Assembly (NCBI GenBank): GCA_000182565.2
Contig: KQ257469.1
Length of the DNA stretch: 64,000 nucleotides
DNA from: Spizellomyces punctatus DAOM BR117
Taxonomy: Eukaryota
Reading direction: 5' to 3' (one strand)
The number at the start of each line of letters is the position of its first letter. Position 1 is the first letter of the stretch. Of this stretch, positions 1-12,085 are shown one piece after another. Below the pieces are notes generated by a model that saw only the letters and a program-made list of their open reading frames with translations, had not been told where the DNA came from and made no database searches. The translations under genes and the position numbers were made by a program.

Positions 1-369
1 TTGTAACACTTTTGGAAGGACTTGCCGGGCCAATTTGAACTGGGAAGAGTATGATAGATTTTGTATATATACGTGGGGAACAGACCGGCAACTACAGACG
101 GTCCGCGTGGAGGGCAGACGCGACGGAAGGTTCCTCTGTGCGAAAGCTCGGTTGCACCTGTATTGTAAACTTAAAAATGCCTCCACAATAAATATGTTTA
201 TATCAGAACTAGGTTGCAAAATGTGCTCCAATAACAGATGTCCGGGGGATGTTGTACCCTGGCAGGTGTACAATAGGCAATCTACTCCTGCTTCCTGATG
301 GGTATGACGCTCCTTTAAATAAGATACTGGTATGATTATCAATGTGAAAAGAAGTCCTATATTGTAGCC

Positions 370-2789
370 CTATTCGGCCAGAAAACGGTGTATCAACTGT
401 ACAGAACACGATCCCTCCCCAACTGCACTAGCAACACGCTTGACGTTTCCGGACCTCAAATCGCCAACGGCGAAGACACCTGGAAGCGTAGTTTCATATA
501 GCATTGGCTGCCGTTTCCGCTTCCAACCTGCTGCGTGCAGCTTTTCGGGGGTAATGTCCGATCCCGTCTTCAAACGATTGCAAAATTGGGTTAGTAATGT
601 GATCGAAAGTCTATAGTGAAGCGACAATGTTCACCTGAACGAAGCCTTTCTCGTCGATTGCTATCGAACAGCCGCGAAGCCAATCTGTATTGGGTTCAGC
701 TCCAGCCATGCAGAAGATGATTGAAATGGGGTGCGTTTCTCGCTGCTTTGTCTCGTTATTCTCCCAAGTGATAGCTTCCAGTTGAATACCGTTTTTTTTC
801 GACAAATGGAGCTCAACAAGTTCGGTATGAGTATGCACGACAATCTTTGGCGTTGCTAGTACGTTTATGGACGTGTTCAAGCTCATTCCTGTGAATGAGA
901 AAAAACTGCACGACTTACCCTCGATACGCTGGACCAGATACTTCGACATGGTAGCGGACTAGGGGTAAGAAAAGATCAGGACTGCAAAGACATCTATGTT
1001 TGCGGCATCAATAACTGACCAGCCCAGAACCACGAACAAGCATATGGACCTACAAATAATGTGTCAAGTTTCGCTGTCTTCCAGTGGCGATAAATGATGA
1101 ACATACCTTTGCTACCGATTTGCTTAAAAATACCGCGGCTTGCCCGGCACTGTTAGCACCACCAATTATGGCGACCTCCTTGCCCTCACACAGCCTCGCC
1201 TCCAGTCCAGTTGCAGAATAAAATATTGCGATACCCTCAAGCTCCTCCCAATGTGGTATATGGGTTAATCGACGATACTTGGCCCCGGACGCGATGATAA
1301 TGGTTCGCGCTTTTAATGACTGTTTGTCGTGGAGATGAACCCTGTAAAGAGTACCAGGACCAGCTTCCAACTGTTGAGCTTTGGCTGGAATAATGAACTT
1401 GGCGCCGAACTTCATGGCTTGCAGAGTGCCTGCCTGAGCCAAGTCTTGGCCAGATATGCCAAGGGGGAACCCTATGGAAGGAAATATTCAATTGCACCTT
1501 GCAGACAGGAACATGTATCGATCGGTATTTACCGAGATAGTTTTCAATCTGAATTTGGCTAGTTCAGTTCAAGGGAGTGAGCATACAATAAATTACGACT
1601 AGACTATACCTTTGACGATGACCCTGCCTGTCCGCCTGGCGCTTCCTGCTCGACCATGGCCGTGCTCAACCCTTCGCTTGCAGCATAAACTCCAGCAGCC
1701 AGTCCTGCTGGGCCTTTGGAAAAAGAATTACTATTTCGAGCTTGGGCAGTTGCCGCATCCACTAAGCGTGGTAATGCAACGTACCTGCTCCAACAATAAT
1801 TGTCTCATGCACGGTTTCCTCATCGACGTCGGATGTAATTCTCAGGTATTGAGCCAGCTCACAAACTGACGGGCACCTGAGGACATCTTTACCATGTCCA
1901 ATGACAAGCGGCAGATCCTCTTCAGATACACCGAAATGGTTGAGCTGTGGGCAAGAAATGTTGGTAAGACGGGTTTCCATTCTTATAACATGCACGGCCA
2001 ATCCGCCTTACGATGTTATAAGTTTCTGGATCCTGTTCGAGATCCACATACAAGTACGGGTATCCATTACGAGAAAGAAAACTTTTTAGACGCATGCAGT
2101 CGGAAGAATAGCGAGAGCCAAGTAAGATGATGTCGCCTTTGTGTCCTTGTACCTGATGACAAGGTTACGTCTTCTGAAGGGCAACCGTATGGAGAACTCT
2201 TTACTCACCAGAAAAACTCTGCGGGCAATGAAGGTCCTCATTAACTTATCGGACAGGTCAACATCCGTCTGAATAATTGTTTGTACGTTGCTACGGGATA
2301 TCTCCAGAACCTTATGTGGCCAACATTAGACAGGCAATGGCTACGGTTTTAAGAGTCATTGCTTACCTCTGAGTCTACAGCTGCTTTCACACGCACAACC
2401 GATCTCCCATTCAAAATATCTGTATCTCCGGTGAACATACCATCTTCAATATCCGCAATGTGCTCTTCAGTCCCATCGCCATAGGGCAGTACAATGGCCA
2501 GTTTTCCATGTAATACGACATGAAAGTAGTTACTTTCTCCTTCATGAACCAGGATGGTATCTTTAGGCACATGCACAATCGAGCCGAATTTCTTAAGCCG
2601 CTCAAGCTCGTCCTGATCGAGGACTGGAAAGAGCTCATTACGTTGACTCTCAGTCAATCCACGTGTAGAAGGTGTGGAAGCTCGTACAATCCTTGGGATT
2701 GCCGTTCTGCAAACATCCGACGCCAGTTCATTGGTAAAGTTTGCGGGAGCGGGTTTAACAGTCGGACCGTTCTTTGTAGTTGCGGGCAT
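370..2789 (-). CDS. cNMP-binding-domain thioredoxin reductase-like FAD-dependent oxidoreductase (bacterial-type architecture), 11 exons
   Basis: Spliced translation gives an N-terminal cNMP domain ([16 protein letters not shown]...[10 protein letters not shown]), [12 protein letters not shown], the FAD motif [42 protein letters not shown], the NADPH motif [10 protein letters not shown], and C-terminal [28 protein letters not shown]. Ten GT-AG introns (approx. 2311-2366, 2153-2208, 1946-2011, 1714-1783, 1549-1609, 1471-1532, 1050-1106, 960-1019, 856-918, 569-633). Confidence 0.9.
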
Positions 2790-4047
2790 GGTAAAGAATC
2801 GGAGATGAACGTTAACTAAAAGTGATCGGAAGAAGCAAGATCTTCTCGCAAGTTTTGGCACGATGAAATTCCGATGGATTATAAAACGGGTTGCCATATA
2901 TAAGGCGGCCCACTAATAGGCGAGATCTTATAACTTTCCATGTGCTATTTTCATGACACAACCTTTTCTCAAGGACAAGACCACCAGCCTTGTCAGACCC
3001 TGGGAGAGCGCCCGCAGGCTCTTCTTCTTACCCAGCGTGAATATGTCACTTATGGTTGCTGTCTGTGCTGCGTTCTTTGACCAATGATCTCACACTGCTA
3101 GAGAAACCTATGGTACGTAAAAAAAATTACAGTAAGTTAAACGTACTTTTAAAGGTACCATTGCCACGTGCAAGACGAGCATTCCACGGCAAAAGTAAAT
3201 ATGTGTTACCAACCTTGCTAGTAGATATCTTCCAGGGACTGCTTGATGAGCCGAACCAACAATGCATAACCGCCAGCCAGACCCAATAGAATGTTATTCA
3301 GAAGAGGAACTCACCATATTTGCGCTTCAAATCACATTTGTGTGAAAGCAGTTATCGAGATGTTCGGGATGGGCACACTAGGATCCAGAAACATTCAAAG
3401 AGCATCATAATTCAAAAGATTCTCTGATTTGAAAAGCCCAAAGTCTGGCTAGTGGAATCAAAAACCCAATGTCGACGGGTGCTGGCATCTCTTACTGTGC
3501 ACATATATAGTCTAGCCATATCAGTGTGGATTCACAAAAGGCCACTTTTCAGCATCTGCAATCGCCTTGTGAGTACCAAACGAAATATATCTTCGTTGTT
3601 GCCTGTCTGTACTGTTGCTCCTCTGCGGCTTGAGCTGCTTGGAGTACCTTACTGAGACCCAGTGCGTCATCAGCGTTACCCTCGACATCGCAGATCGAGA
3701 TCTATGAGCTTAATGAGGTATCTGCTTCAGCCTTCTTTATAACATGACGAGGTGGATATGCACATGGACGCACTGGCAGGTTTTGCGGCAAGGACTGTCC
3801 GGGACTTGAGACGGTCGTGGACCCATAGGACGATTGCACTATTTGGTCTTTTTCATTTAAATGCTTGGAATGAGTACCCAGCGTGTGAATCCACATCATT
3901 AGGCACGACGAGAACTAATTGATTTGAAAACTCATACAAGAGGATATCATAACTACATTATATTCTAACCAATACACACATACCTGCTGCACTTTATAAT
4001 TATGTACGAACAACACATACTCCCACTTTGCTTCCTCCGCTAGTAAA

Positions 4048-4542
4048 CTACTTCTTCAACGGAGGCCCATTTTTATCATACAGAAAACACTGATACTGTG
4101 TCGCACTAGCCTGCAGGCCAGCGGCAACGACCGCCTGGTAATAGGTCCAAGCAGTGGCCTTGCAAGTCGAACTACTTCCACAAACCCTCTTCATATCTTC
4201 ATAAAAGGCCTTATCGATCCTGGCTTTGTTCTCGGGGGTGAACTGGCCAATGGCTTTATAGTTCCTATAGTTGAAATCATGGCGCCAGCAAGCCATGCGA
4301 AAGTCATAGCCAAACGGCTGATCTGGGGATTTGGAGCAATAGTCTGTTTGCCAGTTGAACTCGGGGGCCGAGGATTGGTTGTCGTGGGCCTTTGCCCATG
4401 AATTGTAGCTTTCCGTTGTGGGCTGGCTCCAAGCGGCGAGCTGAGAGGCCTTGTCGCGGCGTTCAAGGATGGGCGAGGCCAGAGTGTTGACCCAGAGGAC
4501 AGACACCGTTAAAAAGAGAGCTATGAGGAAGCGATGAATCAT
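4048..4542 (-). CDS. Secreted phospholipase A2, fungal/actinobacterial group XIV
   Basis: Signal peptide MIHRFLIALFLTVSVLWVNTLA; motif WQTDYCSKSPDQPFGYDFRMACWRHDFNYRNYK (His-Asp dyad), then RIDKAFYEDMKRVC and AWTYYQAV. Intronless. Confidence 0.9.
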   Translation of the reverse strand: MIHRFLIALFLTVSVLWVNTLASPILERRDKASQLAAWSQPTTESYNSWAKAHDNQSSAPEFNWQTDYCSKSPDQPFGYDFRMACWRHDFNYRNYKAIGQFTPENKARIDKAFYEDMKRVCGSSSTCKATAWTYYQAVVAAGLQASATQYQCFLYDKNGPPLKK

Positions 4543-5017
4543 GATGGGTATAGATGAGGTCCAGTTCAAGGCCCTGTCCCGCAGACAAACGATACGCAGG
4601 GGAAGTCGCTGGGACATGGCCCTTTATATGCCTGCAATACGACAGCGGACTTGTACTCCCGCGAACATCGAAAGATTGTCACTCATCCAATCCCTTCTTT
4701 GTCAGTGCAGGGTCGGCACACAATCTTGTGGTCGTTTTTAAGCAAAAACCTGCTGTGGTCAGCAGAGTCGTGGAACGCGAAGGTCAACAATTTCGAATAT
4801 CAGGAATGAAATCTCTGATCCCATTGTTTGTGGAATAATACTTTGTGTTGCAGGTTAACTCGTTCGATAGATGCAACATTTACATCGTACCAGTGTTATG
4901 CGACTTGCAAAGAGTTACGAGACAGCAGCATGGCAATCGCTAGACATGCCCACGATATAAGAAAAGTGTTATTCGAGCCACGGTAAGATGACCAGGCCAC
5001 TTTGAATATCCAAGTCC

Positions 5018-5144
5018 ATTTGTTCTAAAGACTTATTAAAATAATAAGACTGCGATAGCAGGATAGTTCCAATATAAGATCATTTGTTTTAAAGACTTTC
5101 CAAAACAATAAGACTGCGAAAGCAGGATAGTTGCAATATAAGAA
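5018..5144. repeat. Two-copy ~63-bp imperfect tandem repeat
   Basis: catttgtt..taaagact...aataagactgcga(t/a)agcaggatagtt(c/g)caatataaga occurs at 5018 and 5081. Confidence 0.8.
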
Positions 5145-5407
5145 TGGTACTCACATCTTCTGCTCACTGGAAGGGAATTGTAAATGCAAATGCTAAGAGG
5201 GCTTCCTGGCAGTGGTTGGGACGCTACCCTCTACAGCCCAGTACCTCCATTGTAGGACTCCATACACTGGTTTTCCGTGGTCCCGTGCGGGATATCCGAA
5301 CCATTGAAGAAACCAAAGAGAAAAGATGAAATGAACGGGAAGATAATCAGTGCCAGTTTATGATATTAGAAAGGAACAGCTATACAAGTGTGTTTGCAAG
5401 CCGACTA

Positions 5408-7063
5408 GATTACACCCCGCAACAAAATGAGAACACCAGAACATCACCCAAGCCCACATCCAATCACACAACTATGACCCCCGCAACAAAACGGGACTCT
5501 TGCAGGACGAAGACGTCAGGTGCCGAAGTGATTCTCAAACTTCTTCGACGCATCTCTGCAGTTGCAAACGGCGCAGGTGTGTTCAACGATTTCGTTCTTC
5601 CGGGACTTGTATAACAGGTCACTTGAGGAAATACGCCGCAGCTTCTAGCTCGGTAGTCGACACCGAATCAGCGTCCTCTGATTTTGTATTGGAGATCCGC
5701 CGCCGATGCTACCCGCGTCATCGTCACCGATAGGAAGATTCTTGATTTTGCATTGGAGCGACCCGATGGAACATTTCGTACAGTAATTCCATTGAGCGTT
5801 CTATACGACTTTGTTCAGAAGATGACGATGATAGCGAAGATCCCTCCAAGCACCGGAGAGCGTCTACCGGTTTTGGACAAGGACACCGACGCTTCACAGT
5901 TCACCCAAATCGCACTAATACTGGGTTTGGCTAGACAAGAAGACTGGCGAGAATTGACTGACACTCCGTCATCGATGCAAATTCTGGCCAACCGTGGAGC
6001 ACTCCTCTTTTCCGCCGCTGCCACTCTGAAGTCACGCTATCTGGAGCTCAAGAGCGGATGTCAAGCAGGAAGAACAGCCCATCTTGCCGCGAATTCAAAG
6101 AACCACTACATCGTCTACCACAACGTGAAGGAGGCGATCAAGTGCATTCTCGCGCACGAACCTGTTCTTGTGGAGCGACGATGGCTTGATCCGACCGGTG
6201 CTCTCATGGCCCGCTATGAGATGATCAATGTCCCGTACTGAGAGATGGCTAATCCACCGGTATCCAAGAGGCTGCAAAGCCTCTTGAAACTGGAAGATCA
6301 CTTGGGAGGGTTCTTCTGGGCCGCCTTCGCCGAAGATCATCGTCCATATTACAGCTTTTGGTATAAGGAAAGGGCGATTGAAGACATCCAGCCATCGGTG
6401 TCGGCATCGACTCGCTACCTCAGATGGGTCGGCCCAACAGGAGTCCCCAACCTCGGACAGACCTGCTACATGGGGGCTCCAATTCAGTGCATGTTGGCAG
6501 TTGATTCGATCACGAGGATTTTGGGTGAACAAAGTACGTCGAAGAACGTGATCGACACGGCGCCGAAAAAGCTGAACATGGAGCGGCGCATGGCGAAGAA
6601 CCTGAATGTGGAGGACTTGCGCAGGGCTTTGCTGCAGCAACAAGGAGTAGGGGAAAGACCAAGACCATGATTCGCATGACCTCATGCAGGACCTGGTCGT
6701 GCAGTCCGAGACGTTGAAGACCTTGATATGCAGCAAACACCGAGCATATATCCAAGTGCAAGAGCTGCAAGACGACAACAACTGCAGAGAATGCATTCAC
6801 CTCCCTGCAAGTTCCAATAAACCTGCCCCAGCCATCCGTGCTTGGTTTGACGCCCAAACTGAGTAACCTCCAGGAAGGAAATTGTCGAACACACATGCGC
6901 CGTTTGCAACGTGGCGATGAGTCAAAGAAGGTAAGAATCACTTCGGCACCTGACGTCTTCGAAGGTTCCTGGTTTTCCGTTTTGTTGCGGGGGTCATAGT
7001 TGTGTGATAGGATGTGGGCTTGGGTGATGTTCTGGTGTTCTCATTTTGTTGCGGGGTGTAATC
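5408..7063. mobile_element. ~1.65-kb segment bounded by ~190-bp inverted repeats (foldback/TIR-like element or inverted gene-start duplication)
   Basis: 5408-~5600 (gattacaccccgcaacaaaatgagaacaccagaacatcacccaagccc...) is the reverse complement of ~6872-7063 and is nearly identical over the outer ~75 bp. No clear TSD and no transposase. Confidence 0.6.
5474..6870 (+). pseudogene. Disrupted ubiquitin-specific protease (USP/C19)-like gene with an unknown N-terminal region
   Basis: ORFs 5684-6241 and 6245-6670 are in frame, separated by one TGA. Cys box GPTGVPNLGQTCYMGAPIQCML; after frameshifts, DHDSHDLM (QDAHE-like) and KCKSCKTTTTAENAFTSLQVP (USP CxxC...F.SL.VP). No His box seen within this segment. 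Confidence 0.7.
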
Positions 7064-7519
7064 GGATGATCGCCAAAGCCCACTGAGACATCCACACGCT
7101 TGTCAAAAACAAACAGCTGAACCAGGTTTTTGGATGTGAGACATAGGAGCGCAGAGGTACTCCTTTAGGGTTAGGACGGTTTCGACGGTCCAGGCGACAT
7201 TTCTGAGAGATATCGCAAAGTATGCATCTGAACGAATCCAATTAGTACACGCATTGACAAGGATATCATCGACAAAAGCACGCACCCAAGAAAAATGCAC
7301 AGCGTGGTATCACCAGCTAATCCCTTTTGCGTCGGAAGGACCCCATCGTTTGATCCTGATCAGGTTGTGCAGATTATTGTACTTCCGTGTATAAAAGCTG
7401 ATCTTGGGACGTTGTCGAGAGGAATAGCTTGCCGTGGCTCGTGGCTCGAGACCGTGCAGGCCTCTGACTGGGCAGATAAAGATGGGGAGATATCAGCCAG
7501 AGATGAGTGACGTTAGCAG

Positions 7520-7619
7520 NNNNNNNNNNNNNNNNNNNNNNNNNNNNNNNNNNNNNNNNNNNNNNNNNNNNNNNNNNNNNNNNNNNNNNNNNNNNNNNNN
7601 NNNNNNNNNNNNNNNNNNN
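7520..7619. other. Assembly gap (100 N)
   Basis: Run of n. Confidence 1.
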
Positions 7620-8084
7620 CCATATGCGTTTCATGCGGCTTGAATGAACCTAAACACATTGTCATCTGTTTTCCTCGATGGACGGTCGAAACTGTGGCCT
7701 GATCCCGCGTCAATCCATAAATCAAGTAGAACGACAATGTCTCACAGCTTTGACCCATTTCTTTCATCACACTAAAATAGCAAATATTCCCGTGTATGTT
7801 GCAGAATACTTTTATATAGAAAATGCATAATCCAATGCATAAAAAATAATGCAACCTGTTTCAATATTTGTAAAAGCATGTAAAAACCAGTCTAAAATGT
7901 CAAAGGAAAAACAGCTGGTTGATGTGATGGATGATGCCAATGCGTTTGGTCACGTGGACCGTCGCGTTTTCCCCCATCACAGTCCATCGACGCTACGCGA
8001 ATGGGAATCTTTCAGGCCCGAACACCGCCTATCACAGAAAGGTAATTAACACTATCCTTTCTCATTAAGAGTATTCTCAGTTTG

Positions 8085-8460
8085 GGTATGGGATAATTGG
8101 CCATTGCTACTGTTTGGCTGCCTTTCTGCACAAACCCTGGCTCTTCTGGGGTCGCGGTCGCTCCCGTGTACCCGTGTTGTGGGAGAAGCCGTGCAGCAAT
8201 ACCTGCCAACACTGTAATGGCTAGCCGTGTTTCTCCGTGACCCTGCCACACGTATTTCTGGTTTGAACGGTGCAGTCCAACTTACGGTCAGGCGCTGGCG
8301 GGGAATGAGAACGTTGACATAGTGTGAAGAACACTAGGGGTTGACACCAAGATGGAGACACGAATCCTTCGTGAAGGCTGCATCGCCTAGGATTCCGCCA
8401 TCTCGTGTTTCGATTCAACGATTGTATAATGTAATTCTCATCACAAATGGAGGACCGGCA
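8085..8460 (-). repeat. Copy A of a ~370-bp dispersed inverted repeat (coding-derived relic)
   Basis: Reverse complement of ~11705-12085. Confidence 0.85.
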
Positions 8461-9889
8461 CATCTGCTGTTGGTTGCCAGTAAATTAATAGTTACCTTAC
8501 TGACCGTTATCTTTCCGTTTCTATTCTCTCTACTTCCGCGATTCCGAGAGGTGCATTTTAAGCATGGCTAGGTATCTGCAAACACCTGAACCAAAGATTG
8601 CTCCTCGGTTGAATGAGGAGATCAAGTCTTTGTTTCGAAGGGGGGCATCATGAGCCAAAGTACACACACAATACTCAAGATCTTGATGTATCCTCTGGTT
8701 GATGATGATGAGGCGGGCGGGGACGAGACTTGCATCCCGAAGCGATTCAAAACTAACCGACAATTTGGGCCTTGTGTGGATACGCCCAACCGTTGAAGGA
8801 AAAAGAGGTGATAACGGGATGGTATTTTGGAGCTAACGTTGCGAAACTAGAGGGGGAGTTTGTAAAGTATGCTCAATAGATATACTCGAAGGACACTTGG
8901 TAGGACCAAATTGTGTTCCGTGCACTGTTTGTATTTTCTTTCAAAATGAGCACAGATGATTTTGAGTTCTTCGCAAACGCAAGTTTTATGATATTCACAA
9001 AAGACAGAAACACAGATATGCAAGATATAACCTCTCCGACACAATGGGAAACTAACCTATCGTCCCATATGAATGCCGTACTTTTGTCTTTTTTTCCTTG
9101 GCTGTCGTTTCCTATTCAGCCCGCTTTTGCTGAGAAAGATAGGAAATATATTCCCCCACATTATTGCCCCATGAGGTCTGGGGCTTCCCCAAATCTCTTT
9201 GATGGCCGGTGCGGACGAGGCTTGATGAACACCCCACAACATAATTTCCTGACGTGCGTGAAAGACATTTGCAACCGCTCTATATGCGTGCATCTTTATT
9301 GAAATCGCTGTGTGCTCCCGGAAAACATTTGCAGCTACTACAAGTACTGACTGAATGCATTACTACAACTCGTATCGATATATTCACCGGGACATGTGGT
9401 TAGGTTTGATTGCAACTCGACTCGAAGTGTCCATTCAATCACCTGTGCTTGTCCGATGAAGACGTGATGTTGGACAGCATGACGTCTTCATGCCTTTTCC
9501 TGCGTTTTGAGACCTGACATCATCAAGACTTACAAACAAGCGTGCAGAATGGTATAATCAACAAAAGTCAAGGACAAAAGTGTTGAATGTATGTTCACCT
9601 GTGCCTTCTTACACACGGGCGGTCATATGTGGCAGTTTCCCCTGTTAGATCTCATAGTGGTTCGAAGACATTTTGTTATTTATATCTATGGAAGCAGTTC
9701 TCTATGTTCTGTATTATGCATTTATCCTGTATAAAGTCTTTAATTGCGCCATATCTTTTACACTTATTCCAGTCCTTCACACATTCCATGTATATAGCTG
9801 CATTGCATCACTGTGCCTCAACTGCTTGTCGTAGCACATCTCCTATACATATGAAAATGAAAGAGTTTTACCGGGTGTGCAGTGTACGT

Positions 9890-10005
9890 ACAGGTTCATC
9901 GGTACTTGCAGGGACGTGAACTCATTCTGTGCGGTTATTGTGGTCTTGCAGCTTTTGCACCTGATAAACGCTCTTTCTTTGCCACATATCAAGTGCTTCA
10001 TCATC
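9890..10005 (-). pseudogene. Inverted fragment of the USP-like family (zinc-ribbon part)
   Basis: Minus strand reads MKHLICGKERAFIRCKSCKTTITAQNEFTSLQVPMNL, homologous to ~6715-6825. Confidence 0.75.
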
Positions 10006-10154
10006 TTGACGCGATCTTCTCCCGCAAGCAGATCTCAGATGGCCGAAGAAGGTTATTCTCGCCCTCGAAGAACCTCCCAAATCGTGGCCGGCATATCTTT
10101 GCGTGAAGGATGAGGGAGGCAAGCGCCAGTTTGAAAAAGAGCTCGAGAAAAGGC

Positions 10155-10700
10155 GATATACCAATTTGTTCAGCAAATGAGTGCGATGTTCCCTCAAAGC
10201 AGCGGAGAGCGCCTACCGGTTTTGAGCAAGCCCACGTTCGCTTTACTTTTGACCCAAACTTCACTGATATTGGTTGACTGGACCACAGGACTGGCAAGAA
10301 TTGAATAACATTCTGACGATGCAAATTCTAGCCGACCGTGGAACACTCCTCTTTTCCGTCGCTGCCGGTCTAAAATCACTCTATAAGGTTGCGGATCTTA
10401 AGCAGGAAGAACAGCCCATATTCCGGCGAATCGGAAAACTTGGGAGGGTACTTCTGGGCCGCATTTGCCGAAGACCATCGTCCGTATTCTAGCGGGAGAG
10501 TTCTTCTGAGCCGCCTTTTCCCAAGATCATCGTCCATATTACAGCTTTTGATATAAGGCAAGGGAGATTGACGGCATCAAGTCGCCACCTCAGATGGGTC
10601 GGCCCAACAGGAGGACCCAACCTCGGACAGACCTGCTACATGGGGGCTCCAATTCAATGCATCTTGGCAGTTGATTCGATCACGAGGAGTTTCGGTGAAT
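10155..10700 (+). pseudogene. Second, internally deleted copy of the USP-like gene, including the Cys box
   Basis: Aligns to ~5800-6095 and ~6290-6530; GPTGGPNLGQTCYMGAPIQCILAVDSITR; internal ~53-bp tandem duplication near 10441-10548. Confidence 0.8.
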
Positions 10701-10709
10701 CACGAGGAG

Positions 10710-11490
10710 TTTGGCATTTTCTATATTTTTGGGGGTTCACACTAGTTATACAAATTTTGACGGTCCTTGGTCTACCCACCCACTGCACCTGTATTTCCAT
10801 TCGAACTAGACACACCCACACAACACCATCACCCTTAAAGTAGTGTAGCAGCCCGGCGGTACCCGTTGACAACGCGATCTGTGCAAGGTTGGCGATGCTG
10901 GTCTCATTACGAAGGTGGTCCATAACATAGGTTACTGTCGAGGTGCAGTCACAGACACTACTACTAAATAGAATCTCATTCAATTTTGCGTTGATTGTCT
11001 TGACTTGATCCTCAGGGAGAAGCTGGAGTATTTGGTCGTCGGCGGTGTCCACAATTCCCCAGAAGAGCAGTTGGAACCTCGCTGAAGTGTTATCGGACGA
11101 ATGCAACGTCTTGATCTCCCGTACCAATGGGGCCAGGCTCGGCGGGTAACCTTCAAAGCCGTAATCTTCTTGTAGCGGATTATCACTGAGGACCCCCTCT
11201 CCGTCGGAGAGCCCGGATGGGTCTCCTTCGAAGGGGGAGGTCGGCTCAGGGAACTCATCCTCGGACAGAAAGTCGTCGTGGATGGGAAGGAACCGTTTCC
11301 GTGGTGCATCCGGAGACGGCGATCTAGCTCGCTTTCTCTCGCTAAGCCAAATTGCCGTGTGGTGACTTTGATCTCCGACAGTCAGAGTTCCGTCATTACT
11401 GCGAAGTTTGACAGGCGCACGAACACTGTGGTCATTGACGTATTTAGCTCCTCGAACGCTGTGGTCCCGTATAATTACATTCCTGGAAAG
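10710..11490 (-). pseudogene. Degenerate coding-like relic of unknown family
   Basis: Overlapping ORFs 10654-11127 and 10980-11309 in different frames with protein-like composition; no recognisable motif. Confidence 0.3.
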
Positions 11491-11704
11491 TAGCTATGTA
11501 AGATGGTAAGCATCGGCGGATCTCTAGCCATTGATGCACTCCTCGTATTCGACTTACCGCTTTCCAAAAGTCAGCCACATCCTTGACAACCGATGCACAT
11601 GTGAAAATGAAATGGAAATATAATGGTTAGTAAATTGCTGCTTCTTGATTTGCGGTCGACTAATGCCAGAAGGGTCACTTCTCCTGTGCCCTTCTGGTAT
11701 TAGC

Positions 11705-12085
11705 TGCCGGTCCTCCATTTTGTGACGAGAATTACATTATACAATCGTTGAATTGATACACGAGATGGCGGAATCCTAGGCGATACAGCCTTCACAAAGG
11801 ATTCGTGTCCCCAACCTGGTGTCAACCCCTAGTGTTCTTGACACTACGACAACGTTCTCATTCCCCGCCAGCGCCTGACGGTCAAGTGTGGGCTGCATCG
11901 TTCAAAACCGAAATACGTGTGGCAGGGTCACGGAGAAACACGGCTAGCCATTACAGCGTCGGCAGGTATTGCTACACGGCTTCCACCACAACAAGGGTAC
12001 ACGGTAAGGACCGCGCACCGGAGGAGAGCCAGGGTATGTGCAGCGTAATGCAACCGGCGGTAGTCATGGCCAAGTATCCCAAGGA
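11705..12085 (+). repeat. Copy B of the ~370-bp dispersed inverted repeat
   Basis: Matches the reverse complement of 8085-8460; shared peptide AGSRRNTASHYSVGRYC. Confidence 0.85.

Noticed and set aside
2047-2056. CATA+CAAGTA: the TAM plus the first 6 nt of the Fanzor guide, inside the reductase gene
   Set aside because: The match stops after 6 guide bases. A 10-nt match can occur by chance and is probably too short for cleavage.
7163-7174. TTTAGGGTTAGG telomere-like motif
   Set aside because: Under two full units; expected by chance.
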